A stretch of DNA of 64,000 bases from Cyanobacteriota bacterium (GTDB lineage Bacteria; Cyanobacteriota; Cyanobacteriia; Thermostichales; Thermostichaceae): contig JANRIL010000044.1 of NCBI GenBank assembly GCA_033764955.1, forward strand, positions 1-64,000, read 5' to 3'. Positions 28,671-39,109 of the stretch are shown here, piece by piece. Under the pieces are notes generated by a model, which saw only the letters and a program-made list of their open reading frames with translations, had not been told where the DNA came from and did not search any database. Positions within the stretch are counted from its first letter, which is position 1. Every line of letters begins with the position of its first letter. The translations under genes were made by a program, and so were the position numbers.

Positions 28671-29363
28671 TTAATCAGACAATTTTTCTAAACTTGCGCG
28701 CGCTTGGTTGGCCACCTGCTCCATGGGATCCGCCGCTAATCGCTGTAGGCCAGGGCGAACCTGCTCCCCACCAATTCGTGCCAAGGCCAAGCCAATCCGG
28801 TAACGCAACTGCCAGTCGTCCGCCCCAATAAATTTCTCCAAGACGGGGATGGCGCGGGGATCGGCGAGATCCCCCAGGGCGGCGGCGGCGGCGGTGCGAA
28901 TCAAGTCACTCCCTTGATCTAGGGCTTGCATGAGGGTTTCCACCGCTTCAGGGTTTCCCAACTCCCCCAACGCCGCCACAATGCTAAACTGCACCAACCA
29001 CTCGCTTTCCCGCTGATAGGCTTCTAGTAAGTCGGTCAGGGCTTGCGGCTGTTTGAGATCCCCCAAGGCGGCGGCGGCGGCGGCGCGCACATCAAACTCA
29101 GGATCCTCTTTCAGGGATTGCTGCAACAAGGCCAAGGCGGCACTGGGATCCCCCAACGTCAGGGTTCCGATTTGGCTGATGGCGGCATAACGCACCCTGG
29201 CATTATTGTCGCGGGCGGCTTTGACCAACAAGTCAAAACCAACATCCGGATGGAGATAGCGGGTTTGGTTGACCGCACGCAGCCGATCCCCTAAATCTTG
29301 AGAGTCTAGGAGATCGGCCACATCGCCGGGGGTAAGACTGGCTGAACCAGAGCTAAAACTCAT
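28671..29363 (-). CDS. nblB: HEAT-repeat protein NblB (phycobilisome degradation)
   Basis: LLDSQDLGDRLRAVNQ, NARVRYAAISQ, EWLVQFSIVAALGELG; divergent from rpsO. Confidence 0.8.
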   Translation of the reverse strand: MSFSSGSASLTPGDVADLLDSQDLGDRLRAVNQTRYLHPDVGFDLLVKAARDNNARVRYAAISQIGTLTLGDPSAALALLQQSLKEDPEFDVRAAAAAALGDLKQPQALTDLLEAYQRESEWLVQFSIVAALGELGNPEAVETLMQALDQGSDLIRTAAAAALGDLADPRAIPVLEKFIGADDWQLRYRIGLALARIGGEQVRPGLQRLAADPMEQVANQARASLEKLSD

Positions 29364-29489
29364 ATCAAGGTCTCCGTAGGGGGTCTTTGCAAGGGATCCA
29401 TCAAAACTGCCAGCCGAGAACCAGGGTGATAGCAATCCTCAAAAAACGAATGCTATCATTTTTAGGCAGTGCCTACTTTTCCCAATCTT

Positions 29490-29765
29490 ATGCCTTTGTT
29501 GCAAGCCCTCAAGCAGGAGATCATCAGCGAGTATCAAGTCCACGAAACCGACACCGGATCCTCGGATGTGCAAGTGGCGCTTTTAACCAACCGCATCAAT
29601 CAGTTGAGCCAGCACCTCCAAAAAAACCCCAAAGACTTTAATTCTCGGCGGGGACTCCTGATCATGATCGGCAAGCGCAAGCGCCTTCTCGACTATATTG
29701 CCGCTCACTCCCCACAACGGTTCCGCGAGATTACCTCCCGCCTCAATATCCGTGTGAAGAAATAA
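29490..29765 (+). CDS. rpsO: 30S ribosomal protein S15
   Basis: HETDTGSSDVQVALLT...HLQKNPKDFNSRRGLL...GKRKRLLDY. Confidence 0.98.
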   Translation: MPLLQALKQEIISEYQVHETDTGSSDVQVALLTNRINQLSQHLQKNPKDFNSRRGLLIMIGKRKRLLDYIAAHSPQRFREITSRLNIRVKK

Positions 29766-29768
29766 CCC

Positions 29769-30275
29769 ATGCCGGCTCGTCAGTCTGGAGACAAGCGCAA
29801 AAAGGCACCAAGGGGTAAGCTACGCCCATCCTCAACCCAAGCAAACGCTTCTCCCAGCCAATCCACGCCGCGCTCTTCCCCCTCGTCCCTGCCTGCGGAA
29901 GAGCGATCCAACTATATTCCGCCGGAGGTCAGCCAGCGGATGATTCGGCGTGTCGTCTGGTTTTGCGGGATCCCGACGCTACTGGGGGTGAGCAGCTTTG
30001 GGGTGAACTATTACCTGCTGGTGAATCACATCGTTACCCTTCCCCCCGCCTTTACCTTTGTGGAAACCCTGGCACTGTTTGGTCTGGGGTTTGTGGGTAT
30101 TAGTTATGGGGTGCTCTCCGCCTCCTGGGATCCCCAACCGGGATCCCGGTTGGGTTGGTCGGAGTTTCGGCAAAATCTGGGGCTGACCATCAACCAGTGG
30201 CTGCAACCCAGGGGTTCGGTCAGCCATCAACCGGATCCGACAGACTCAACCTCAACAGGAGACTCGGAACCATGA
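29769..30275 (+). CDS. PAM68 family PSII assembly protein (DUF3464)
   Basis: IPPEVSQRMIRRV...GIPT, GISYGVLSASWD...GSRLG; lies directly downstream of rpsO. Confidence 0.92.
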   Translation: MPARQSGDKRKKAPRGKLRPSSTQANASPSQSTPRSSPSSLPAEERSNYIPPEVSQRMIRRVVWFCGIPTLLGVSSFGVNYYLLVNHIVTLPPAFTFVETLALFGLGFVGISYGVLSASWDPQPGSRLGWSEFRQNLGLTINQWLQPRGSVSHQPDPTDSTSTGDSEP

Positions 30276-31336
30276 TTGTAGTCATGCAAGTGGGTACACC
30301 CATGCAGGCGGTGGAACAACTCAGCCAGCAATTTAGTGAGATGGGCTTGGTTCCCGAAAAGATTATTGGCAAACATAAGATCGTGATTGGCTTGGTGGGA
30401 GATACGGCCAATCTCGATGAGAGCACCATTCAGCAATACAGCCCCTTTATTGAGCAAGTGTTGCGGGTTGAGAAAAAGTTTAAGCGAGCCAGCTTAGAGT
30501 TTCGCCACGGCGAGCCAACTACCGTCACCGTCGAGACGCCGCGTGGAGCCGTTCAGTTTGGGCAACTGCATCCGCTTGTCGTGATGGCAGGACCTTGCTC
30601 CGTGGAAAACCACGAGATGATCGTAGCGACAGCTCAGCATGTGGCGGCAGCGGGCGCGCAACTGTTGCGGGGGGGAGCCTACAAACCCCGCACCTCACCC
30701 TACGATTTTCAAGGACATGGCGAAAGTGCTCTCGATCTGTTGCTGGCTGCCCGCCAAGCCAGTGGTTTGGGCATTATCACCGAGGTGATGGATACGGCGG
30801 ATGTGGATAAGATTGCTGCCGTTGCGGACATTTTGCAGGTGGGAGCGCGCAATATGCAGAATTTTGCCCTGTTGCGGCGGGTAGGATCCCAGCCCAAACC
30901 AGTATTGCTGAAGCGAGGACCAGCCGCGACGATCACCGAGTGGCTGATGGCAGCGGAATACATTCTAGCGGCGGGCAACTCCCAGGTTTTGTTGTGTGAA
31001 CGGGGCATTCGCACCTTTGACTCGGAATACACCCGCAATACCCTCGACCTCTCGACCATTCCGGTGTTGCGCTCCCTCACCCACCTGCCCATTGTCATTG
31101 ACCCCAGCCACGGCACAGGCAAATCTCAGTGGGTGCCCTCCATGAGCAAAGCCGCTCTTGCCGCCGGAGCGGATGCCCTATTGGTGGAGGTTCACCCTAA
31201 CCCTGCCAAAGCCCTCTCGGATGGCCCGCAATCCCTCACCTTTGCCAAATTTGATGAGCTGATGGGAGATTTGTCTCACCTAGGGCAAGCCTTGGGTCGC
31301 TGGCCGCTAGCGGCTCCTCTGGTGGCTTCCCTCTAA
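30272..31336 (+). CDS. aroF: 3-deoxy-7-phosphoheptulonate (DAHP) synthase, type I-beta
   Basis: MIVVM N-terminus, AGPCSVE, GGAYKPRTSPY, GARNMQNF, LCERGIRTF, DPSHGTG. Confidence 0.96.
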   Translation: MIVVMQVGTPMQAVEQLSQQFSEMGLVPEKIIGKHKIVIGLVGDTANLDESTIQQYSPFIEQVLRVEKKFKRASLEFRHGEPTTVTVETPRGAVQFGQLHPLVVMAGPCSVENHEMIVATAQHVAAAGAQLLRGGAYKPRTSPYDFQGHGESALDLLLAARQASGLGIITEVMDTADVDKIAAVADILQVGARNMQNFALLRRVGSQPKPVLLKRGPAATITEWLMAAEYILAAGNSQVLLCERGIRTFDSEYTRNTLDLSTIPVLRSLTHLPIVIDPSHGTGKSQWVPSMSKAALAAGADALLVEVHPNPAKALSDGPQSLTFAKFDELMGDLSHLGQALGRWPLAAPLVASL

Positions 31337-31337
31337 C

Positions 31338-32264
31338 TTGGCTGTGACTGATTTGCCGCCTGGAGTGGGCTGTTGGTCACGGCGACGGGCGACCATCCGC
31401 ATCGCTAGTGCCTCTCTGCTGGCGGGGTTATCCCCCACCTTGGCTGAAAGCAAAGTTATTGGGCTAGCGCCGGAAGATTTTGCTGTCATCCTAAACTTGC
31501 GGACCGGATGGATAGATCAGATCTGGCATCCCCAGCAATTGGATCGTCGGCAAGCCCCTCCCGCCTCCCTCGCTAAGTTAGTGACTGCGGCTATCGCTTT
31601 GGAGTCTGGCCTTACCAATCCCGCCCGCCGCATTCCCTGTCCCGGTTGGTTTCAGCCCCCAGGATCTCCGTCCACACAGCGCTTAGCCTGTTGGGATCAT
31701 CGCGGTCATGGATCCCTCAATCTGGTGGAGGCACTGGCTCACTCTTGTAACGTACATTTCTATACGCTAGGCCGAGAGTTGGGGCGGCAACGACTCTGGC
31801 AAGGATTAGAGCAGTTTGGCCTGGGGAATGGAGACTATTCAGGCCAAGCCCCGTTGCTGGCGGTGGGGGAGGATCCGCATCTACAGGTGAATGGATGGCA
31901 ATTGCTGCGGCTGATCGCCCTGATTGCCCGTCAAGGCCAAGGGATCCCTGAGGGAGATATCACCTTCCCTTCCCTTCCACTAGCCGACTCCATTTGGCAA
32001 ACTCTGACGGCAGGGATGGTAGCTGCCACTCAGATCGGGACGGCTCAGGGGATTGGGGACTCTGGACAGGCGATTGCCGTCAAAACGGGGACATCAGCGC
32101 GGCTGGCTCATCCACAGTGGGCAGAAGACTTTCAAGCTTGGTTAGGGGCTTTTTGGCCGGCTCAGGATCCCTTATGGGCGATGCTTCTCTATCTGCATCG
32201 GGGCAAAGCCTACCAAGGAGGCATTGGGTTGGCGCGCCAGATCATCACCGCCCAATCCAACTAG
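31338..32264 (+). CDS. Penicillin-binding protein, transpeptidase domain only
   Basis: SxxK (PASLAK), SxN (HSCN) and KTG motifs; start codon uncertain. Confidence 0.8.
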   Translation: MAVTDLPPGVGCWSRRRATIRIASASLLAGLSPTLAESKVIGLAPEDFAVILNLRTGWIDQIWHPQQLDRRQAPPASLAKLVTAAIALESGLTNPARRIPCPGWFQPPGSPSTQRLACWDHRGHGSLNLVEALAHSCNVHFYTLGRELGRQRLWQGLEQFGLGNGDYSGQAPLLAVGEDPHLQVNGWQLLRLIALIARQGQGIPEGDITFPSLPLADSIWQTLTAGMVAATQIGTAQGIGDSGQAIAVKTGTSARLAHPQWAEDFQAWLGAFWPAQDPLWAMLLYLHRGKAYQGGIGLARQIITAQSN

Positions 32265-32317
32265 CCCTCCCTTAAAAAACTATCCGCTCCCAATCCGAGT
32301 CGCCAAAGGGGGCAAAG

Positions 32318-32490
32318 CAGGGAGAGGGAGCGGTCTAGCGGGTCAACAAAGTTGAAACCAGACTGCCGGGAGGAAACCCCAGTCGGGCAAACCTTGAAGC
32401 CACATCAGCGTCCTGAAGGGTCTAGGCTTTGTCTCAACTAGAGAACAGCCCCGGCGCACAGCCGATTCAATTCAACGTGATGACCCTGAC
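32318..32490 (-). ncRNA. ssrS: 6S RNA (cyanobacterial SsaA/SsrS type)
   Basis: Minus strand carries CACGTTGAA...GTGCGCC...GCTGTTCTC...GTGGC...AAGGTTTGCCCG...CAGTCTGGTTTCAACT, matching cyanobacterial 6S blocks as I recall them; long self-complementary rod; ends approximate. Confidence 0.75.
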
Positions 32491-32658
32491 GTTTACTACT
32501 ATCTTGCATCCACAAGTCTCCCTTACTAAACGACCCTACGAGATTAGCACAACCGAACACCAGACTCAGCCCTGGATAAGCTTTCCTTGGCGAATTTGCT
32601 AAAGATCCTAGTTATGCTTATAGGCAACCATCCGATGCGGCTCACAAGAGGAGTTCCG

Positions 32659-33153
32659 GTGACTAGTCAACCTTCTATCTCTGATACCCAGGGTGAACGC
32701 AAGCAAGTCCGGCATGTCATGGTGATTGACGATAACAAAGGACGGCGCACGATCTCTCTGGAAGCTGCCACCTACTCAATTGGCCGGGATCCCAGTAACG
32801 GTATTGTTCTCAACTCCAGTTTTGCCTCCCGCCAACATGCCATCCTGTTGCGAGTCCCCATTCCAGGGGCTAACGCCTACTTATTTCGGATTATTGATGG
32901 CAATTTGCAGGGCAAGCGCAGCACCAACGGCATTACCGTGAATGGGCAACGCTGCTATTCCCATGACCTCAGCCACGGCGACATCATCATCTTTAGCAGC
33001 GATGTGACCGCGGGCTATTATGTCAGCGCCAACCTCTCTAACGAAGAATTTGCCCGTTATACCGAGAAAGTGGATTTTCGCAGTGCCAAATTTCAATCCA
33101 GTGATCCCCATCAAACCAGCTTTGAGCGCCTGCCGCCCCGGCTACAAAACTGA
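32659..33153 (+). CDS. FHA domain protein
   Basis: YSIGRD, ASRQHA, RSTNG; AGGAG SD before GTG 32659. Confidence 0.92.
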   Translation: MTSQPSISDTQGERKQVRHVMVIDDNKGRRTISLEAATYSIGRDPSNGIVLNSSFASRQHAILLRVPIPGANAYLFRIIDGNLQGKRSTNGITVNGQRCYSHDLSHGDIIIFSSDVTAGYYVSANLSNEEFARYTEKVDFRSAKFQSSDPHQTSFERLPPRLQN

Positions 33154-33467
33154 GGGGAATTTCCTGGCCTGACTTGCCCTCCACTCCGTCACCTCCGATG
33201 ATAGAAGAGGGATCCCTTGTGGCTATTTTCATCCAGAAGGTTGAGTTTGGCAGGGCAAATGGGCAAGCTAGGCTTTATCCCGTTCCCGTCTTCAACCAGA
33301 GCTAGCCCGTGACTGGATGCTCTCGTTCCGCAAGCTACGACTACCGCAAGCGTATGGTGTAGGTGAGACATGGGTAGGTTTGGCATAGTCAGCGATCCTG
33401 GCGACCCCGCTGCACGTATCTTTCAAGAGACATGGTGTGGAAGGGATCCCTGGCAAGGAGGTGAGCG

Positions 33468-34130
33468 ATGAAGCGTGTTTTAGTGGTGGATGATGATCCG
33501 ATTTCCTTAAAAGTTTTGAGTCGGCACCTAGCCCAACACGGTTACCGAGTTTGTACGGGGGTGTCAGGGGTGGAAGGATTGAAGCTGTTTGGGCAAGAGA
33601 CGCCTGATGTGGTGGTGTCGGATGTGATGATGCCCGATATGGATGGCTTCGAGTTTTGCCATCAATTGCGCCAACAACGGGGGGGGGAACTGGTTCCTTT
33701 CATCTTTTTGTCTTCTCGTGGAGAGGTGGAAGATCGGGTGCAGGGGTATGAGTGGGGAGCCGATGACTATATGATCAAGCCCGTGGAACCACGGGAATTA
33801 GTCGCTAAAATTGAATCTCAAATTGAACGTTCGCGGCGGATGCAAGCGGAGATCCTGCGGTTAATTCAAAAGCAGCCGGAACCGGTGGCCGTAGTTAGCC
33901 CTCCTCAGCCCGTCGATCTGCCCCTGACGGCGGCGGAAGAGCGGGTGTTTCGAGAAGTGATCCGCGGAGCCACCAACAAACAAATTGGTGAGAAACTCTA
34001 TATCAGTCCCCGCACCGTGCAAACCCATCTGACCAACATTTTGAGCAAGCTCTCCCTAGAAAATCGTGCCCAACTGGTGCGTTTTGCTTTTGAACAGGGC
34101 TATTCGCGGGGAGAGGTGGAATCCCCCTAG
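33468..34130 (+). CDS. NarL/LuxR-family response regulator
   Basis: VVDDD, SDVMMPDMDG, DDYMIKP; LTAAEERV...NKQIGEKLYISPRTVQTH HTH. Confidence 0.95.
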   Translation: MKRVLVVDDDPISLKVLSRHLAQHGYRVCTGVSGVEGLKLFGQETPDVVVSDVMMPDMDGFEFCHQLRQQRGGELVPFIFLSSRGEVEDRVQGYEWGADDYMIKPVEPRELVAKIESQIERSRRMQAEILRLIQKQPEPVAVVSPPQPVDLPLTAAEERVFREVIRGATNKQIGEKLYISPRTVQTHLTNILSKLSLENRAQLVRFAFEQGYSRGEVESP

Positions 34131-34154
34131 AAGCCGGGATCCCCATCTTCCTGC

Positions 34155-35423
34155 CTACGCGAAGGTCTCTGAGAAAAACGCTACTGCCTCCCGTAGGCTG
34201 GCCAAAAAGGTATCGATATCCGCCAGGGTGTTGTAAAGATAAACACTGGCTCTGGCGGTAGATGGCACCTGCAAATAGCGGTGGAGGGGTTGGGTGCAGT
34301 GGTGTCCAGCGCGAATGGCGATCCCCGCTTGATCGAGTAAGGTCGAAAGATCGTGGGGGTGAATGGCGGCGGCGGAGAAACTGACCAAACCGGAGCGATG
34401 CTGCCGCGATCCATAGACGGTGATCCCAGGAATCTCCTGGATCCCTTGCAGTAAATGGTGGGTCAGGGCTTGTTCGTGGGCATGAATTCGTTCCAGGCCA
34501 ATCGTTTGTAAATAATCCACCGCCGCCCCTAGCCCGACCGCTTGGGCAATCGCCGGAGTGCCGGCTTCAAACTTGTGGGGCACATCAGCATAGGTGGCGT
34601 GATCCAAAAAGACATCCGCGATCATCTCTCCTCCCCCCAAAAAGGGCGGCATCGATCTCAGGAGATCGAGCTTGCCATAAAGGCAGCCAATCCCCGTTGG
34701 GCCACACATTTTGTGACCGGAAAAAACCAGCCAATCACAGTCCATCTGCTGCACATTCACCGCCATGTGGGGAATACTTTGGCAGGCATCCACCAACACT
34801 TTCGCGCCGTAGTGGTGGGCTTTAGCGATGATCGTTTCCACTGGATTAATGGATCCCAGCATGTTAGAGACATGCACGACGGCGACCAGTTTGGTTCGGT
34901 CATGCAGCAGCGAAGCAAACTGATCGAGATCTAAGTTGCCCTGGCTATCTAACTCAATAAACCGCAAAATGGCTCCCGTTTTCCGGGCAATCAGTTGCCA
35001 GGGAATCAGATTGCTGTGGTGCTCCATCACCGACAAAATGATCTCGTCCCCCGCCTGTAGGCTAGACAAACCCCAGCTATAGGCCACCAAATTGATGGCT
35101 TCGCTGGCATTGCGGGTATAGATGATCTGCTGGGGAGATGCTGCGCCGATCAAGCTGGCAATTTTTTGCCTGGCTCCTTCATAGGCATCGGTGGCTTCAT
35201 TACTGAGGGTATGTACTCCCCGATGCACGTTGGCGTTGGAGTGACGGTAGTAATGATTCAGGGCATCCAGGACGGCTTGGGGTTTTTGGGAGGTGGCCGC
35301 ATTATCCAAGTAGACGAGCGGATGACCATGTACCTGCCGCTGCAAAATCGGAAAGTCACTCCGCACCTCTAGCGCTAGATCATCGGTGGAAGGAGTGAAA
35401 GGAGCAGTCAGAGTGGAAGTCAT
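34155..35423 (-). CDS. sufS: SufS-family cysteine desulfurase
   Basis: YLDNAATSQKP, ANVHRG, MEHHSN, SGHKMCGPTG, RAGHHCTQPL. Confidence 0.96.
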   Translation of the reverse strand: MTSTLTAPFTPSTDDLALEVRSDFPILQRQVHGHPLVYLDNAATSQKPQAVLDALNHYYRHSNANVHRGVHTLSNEATDAYEGARQKIASLIGAASPQQIIYTRNASEAINLVAYSWGLSSLQAGDEIILSVMEHHSNLIPWQLIARKTGAILRFIELDSQGNLDLDQFASLLHDRTKLVAVVHVSNMLGSINPVETIIAKAHHYGAKVLVDACQSIPHMAVNVQQMDCDWLVFSGHKMCGPTGIGCLYGKLDLLRSMPPFLGGGEMIADVFLDHATYADVPHKFEAGTPAIAQAVGLGAAVDYLQTIGLERIHAHEQALTHHLLQGIQEIPGITVYGSRQHRSGLVSFSAAAIHPHDLSTLLDQAGIAIRAGHHCTQPLHRYLQVPSTARASVYLYNTLADIDTFLASLREAVAFFSETFA

Positions 35424-35592
35424 GGGGAGGGATCCAAGTGGGCTTCTATGCTTCAGTATGGCACTTGACGTGGATTCTGTAGTGTAGCTAACGGGGAGGA
35501 TCCTGCTGCTACCCGCCACGGTTGTCAGGGATCCCTAAATTGTCAACTAAGCTAGAAGTGATGCCTTTTTTCTGCCTCGATGTTTGTTATCT

Positions 35593-35955
35593 ATGGGTCG
35601 TTCTAAACCTTCTCCACCGGATCGCGCCAAAACCCTGCTTCGGCAAAGTCAGCCGCTGCTGCTGGAGGTTTTCACCGAGGCTCGCCTCCTTTTCAAGCGT
35701 TGGGATAGCCACCTGGATCGGATGATCCGGCAACGGGGCATGAAGGTGGATGCGTCGGTTCCGAAAGTTCTGATTTATGTGTTGCTAGCGGTTGTGATTT
35801 TGCTGATTCCACCCCTAACCCTTGTGGTGGTGATCGTGGGCTTAACTTGGTTTGCCATCCGCCTGATCAGCAAGCAGCAGCAGCAACAACAGGCAAACCG
35901 CTATCAACGGCAGCGCCAATATTTGACGAAGGGGGAAGCGGAGGAAGATCCTTAA
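35593..35955 (+). CDS. Hypothetical membrane protein
   Basis: Hydrophobic hairpin followed by a poly-Q tail. Confidence 0.6.
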   Translation: MGRSKPSPPDRAKTLLRQSQPLLLEVFTEARLLFKRWDSHLDRMIRQRGMKVDASVPKVLIYVLLAVVILLIPPLTLVVVIVGLTWFAIRLISKQQQQQQANRYQRQRQYLTKGEAEEDP

Positions 35956-36221
35956 ATCGGGGATTTGGGATAGCGAGCTTTGGTCACAATGATGATGCTA
36001 ATCAGCAGAATGGTAACGGTGTTGGCAACCGTAATCGCCAGATCGTGGCGCAATATTCCATAGATATCCCACATGACAATCCCCACCCCAAATAGGAGTA
36101 AATAAGGCCAGGAAAAATCCTCAGCACTGCGGCTTTGCCAGGTTTTGCGAGCTTGCGGAAAGAAGCTGGCGGTGGTTAAACAGCCCGCCAATAGACCGAT
36201 CCAACTGGTGACATCGTTCAT
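35952..36221 (-). CDS. SemiSWEET (PQ-loop) transporter
   Basis: IGLLAGCLTTASFFPQ...SAEDFS...WDIYG...AN; 89 aa, 3 TM. Confidence 0.9.
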   Translation of the reverse strand: MNDVTSWIGLLAGCLTTASFFPQARKTWQSRSAEDFSWPYLLLFGVGIVMWDIYGILRHDLAITVANTVTILLISIIIVTKARYPKSPI

Positions 36222-36242
36222 GGTCGTCCTCTTGAAATCCCC

Positions 36243-37412
36243 TTAGTCTTTTTGAAATCCTCGCAGGCAATGCTCATTAGCGGTCAAACCTCGCCCTTGT
36301 AAGAGTACCCAAAACCCACCCAATCCCAGGGGATCCATCAGGCTATGCAGGCGATGTCGCCGCTGCCAAATCTCTCCTAAGGGCTGATGGGAAGAATGAC
36401 TTAACTGGGCTATGCGATCTAGTAACCCCAGATGGGCTAAAAAGCTATCTTGCTTGACCAATCCCAGAGGGCGCAACCCATAGTGCTCTCCATAGCGCTG
36501 AAGGGCGGTGAAATCGACATGGGCGGTGAGATCTTGGGATCCCATTTGCTGATAGTAATCGGTGTGGGTGGTATGTTGGCGATAACAGAGCAGGCTGCCC
36601 TGGCTGCGACTGGGATGGTAGTAGCGCTCGGCAGAATAACCATAATCAATGGTCAGCAGATATCCTCTGGACAGCTTGGCTGCCACCTGCCTTAGCCAGT
36701 CTCTCACACCAAGATTCACCTCCGTATGATAGCCATCAGGGTAGATGGGATCCGTCAGATCCATGCCGATTATTGGCCAATGTTCCATTAACTCAGGTGT
36801 CGAGGGATCCCCCGTCACCTCCTGCCAGCTTCCCTGTTCGTCTAGGGTGAGATAGATTTCTTGCACCTGACCGGACTGCACCACCAGCCGATGCACAGGA
36901 AAAGCATCCACCAATTCGTTAGCAAAAAAACACCCCGTCACCGACTGATCGGGTAAATCCTCCCAATCCAACCAACGCACCTGGGAAAACCCAGCCAGTC
37001 GCTCCTCCTGCTGGGGTCGCCAAGCCGCCGATTTTTCCAGGATCCCGTAGGCAATCCCCTCGGCAAACTCAGGATGGTGTCCCTCCAAATAGGTGAGAAT
37101 ATCCGCCGCCAGCTTGCCGGAGGCGGATCCCATCTCGATCAGGCTAAAGGGGCGCGGGCACCCCAAAACCTGCCACATCTCAAGTAGTTGTTCCGCTAAT
37201 AACTCACCAAAGTCACTGGTCAGCTCAGGGGCTGTCAAAAAATCTCCCTGACGGGTGATCTTCACCTGCCCAGACGTGTAGTAGCCATAATCGGGGTGGT
37301 AGAGGAGCGCCTCCATCACCTGGGCAAACGTCAAGCGCTGATGCTCCATCACCTGTGAGCGCAGCCAAGTCGCTAAATCCCCCTCAACAGAGGAGATGAG
37401 GGAAGAGGACAT
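36243..37412 (-). CDS. MidA/NDUFAF7-family SAM-dependent methyltransferase
   Basis: LYHPDYGYY, GDFLTAPE, FANELVDAFP, LTIDYG, QDLTAHVDF. Confidence 0.92.
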   Translation of the reverse strand: MSSSLISSVEGDLATWLRSQVMEHQRLTFAQVMEALLYHPDYGYYTSGQVKITRQGDFLTAPELTSDFGELLAEQLLEMWQVLGCPRPFSLIEMGSASGKLAADILTYLEGHHPEFAEGIAYGILEKSAAWRPQQEERLAGFSQVRWLDWEDLPDQSVTGCFFANELVDAFPVHRLVVQSGQVQEIYLTLDEQGSWQEVTGDPSTPELMEHWPIIGMDLTDPIYPDGYHTEVNLGVRDWLRQVAAKLSRGYLLTIDYGYSAERYYHPSRSQGSLLCYRQHTTHTDYYQQMGSQDLTAHVDFTALQRYGEHYGLRPLGLVKQDSFLAHLGLLDRIAQLSHSSHQPLGEIWQRRHRLHSLMDPLGLGGFWVLLQGRGLTANEHCLRGFQKD

Positions 37413-37438
37413 CAGGGATCCCTCTCAAGGATGACAAC

Positions 37439-37984
37439 TTAATAGGCATCCTGTAACTCGTAAAAGTCAGGGGTGATATAGTCTTTACGCATCGGCCACC
37501 CTACCCAATCTTCCGGCATCAAAATGCGCTTCAGGTTGGGATGTCCCTCATAGATAATGCCGTACATATCATAGGATTCCCGTTCCTGCCAGTCGGCAGA
37601 TTTCCAGATCCAATAGACGGAGGGCAGACGGGGATCCTGGCGGGGTACGCTCACCTTAACCCGTACTTCGGCGGGACGATCTGCCTGATCCGTGACTTTG
37701 ATCAGGTGCAGGACGCTCACCAACGGTTGCCCTGCTCCCAAATCGTAGGCACATTGGTATTGTAAATAATTAAATCCATAGGCATAGAGGGCGGTGCAGA
37801 GGGGCAGCAAAAACTCCCGTTCTACCCCCAAAACCTCCACTTCCGCGTGATCTCGCCCCAAAACCTCGTGGTCAAAGCCATTCTCAACAAGAAACTGAGA
37901 AACTGGCCCCCGCTCCACCGTGGCTACTGCGGCGGAAGTAGACTCCGCTGGTTCTGGCTGTTGGGGGTCGGTAGTGGTGGTCAT
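37439..37984 (-). CDS. ndhJ: NDH-1 subunit J
   Basis: [43 protein letters not shown]. Confidence 0.97.
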   Translation of the reverse strand: MTTTTDPQQPEPAESTSAAVATVERGPVSQFLVENGFDHEVLGRDHAEVEVLGVEREFLLPLCTALYAYGFNYLQYQCAYDLGAGQPLVSVLHLIKVTDQADRPAEVRVKVSVPRQDPRLPSVYWIWKSADWQERESYDMYGIIYEGHPNLKRILMPEDWVGWPMRKDYITPDFYELQDAY

Positions 37985-37985
37985 C

Positions 37986-38756
37986 TCAGTTGCCTCCCCG
38001 CAGCGCTTTCACTTCTTCAGGGGAGAGCCGCAAATCGGCAGTCTGGAGCGCGGGAGGAACGGGTAAGCCAATGGCTGCCGCCAATTCGGGAGGAGGCGCT
38101 TGCCGAGATTCACTCTCCAAATATTCCCCGGTCAGGATTTCCGGTACAGCTTGCATGCTGTGGCTAACGGTGTGATAGCGGTGGGTGGGCAAAAGGTAGC
38201 TGCGTTCCCGCATATCTTCCGCCGCAATTTTTTTCCGCAGCTTGACGATGGCATCCATGATTGCCTCGGGGCGGGGTGGGCAACCGGGGATATAGACATC
38301 CACAGGGATTAACTTATCCACACCTCGCACGGCGGTATAGGAGTCAGAACTAAACATACCCCCCGTGATGGTGCAGGCTCCCATGGCGATTACATATTTG
38401 GGTTCTGGCATCTGTTGATAAAGCTTGACAAGGGCGGGAGCCATTTTCATGGTCACGGTTCCCGCCGTGATGATCAGATCAGCCTGTCGGGGGGAAGAAC
38501 GGGGCAATAACCCAAACCGATCAAAATCGAAGCGGGATCCGATCATGGCGGCAAACTCAATGAAGCAGCAGGCGGTGCCGTAGAGCAACGGCCACAGACT
38601 AGACATCTTGGCCCAATTGTAGAGGTCATTGACCGTCGTCAAAACGACATTGTTGGAGAGATCGGAGGTAACCTGGGGAGCCAGCGGCGGAAACATCAAC
38701 TCAGGCGGTGCTGCTTGGGCGGCGGTTGGGGCTGTCAAATTATCATTCATGACCAT
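37986..38756 (-). CDS. ndhK: NDH-1 subunit K
   Basis: [36 protein letters not shown]. Confidence 0.97.
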   Translation of the reverse strand: MVMNDNLTAPTAAQAAPPELMFPPLAPQVTSDLSNNVVLTTVNDLYNWAKMSSLWPLLYGTACCFIEFAAMIGSRFDFDRFGLLPRSSPRQADLIITAGTVTMKMAPALVKLYQQMPEPKYVIAMGACTITGGMFSSDSYTAVRGVDKLIPVDVYIPGCPPRPEAIMDAIVKLRKKIAAEDMRERSYLLPTHRYHTVSHSMQAVPEILTGEYLESESRQAPPPELAAAIGLPVPPALQTADLRLSPEEVKALRGGN

Positions 38757-39109
38757 TCCAATGCTCCTTTTCTCCATGCATAGACCAGACCCACCACCAA
38801 AATGGCGATAAAGATGAGGGCTTCTACAAACGCTAACAAGCCTAACCGATGAAATGCCACCGCCCAGGGATAAAGAAAGACCGTTTCCACATCAAAGATG
38901 ACAAAAACAAGGGCAAACATGTAGTAGCGAATGTTGAACTGAATCCAAGCTTGTCCGAAGGGATCAATGCCCGATTCGTAGGTGCTGCGGCGTAAGGCTC
39001 CGCGACGGCTGGGAGCCAGCAAGGCTGAAGCAACCAAAGCCGCCACCGGTAACAAAGCGCACAACAGCAGGAAAACCAAAAAGTAATCGTAACCGGTCAG
39101 GACAAACAC
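38747..39109 (-). CDS. ndhC: NDH-1 subunit C (3)
   Basis: [42 protein letters not shown]. Confidence 0.97.
   Translation of the reverse strand: MFVLTGYDYFLVFLLLCALLPVAALVASALLAPSRRGALRRSTYESGIDPFGQAWIQFNIRYYMFALVFVIFDVETVFLYPWAVAFHRLGLLAFVEALIFIAILVVGLVYAWRKGALEWS

Noticed and set aside
28879..29086. Two (GGC)n runs
   Set aside because: These are poly-Ala segments in the NblB HEAT repeats
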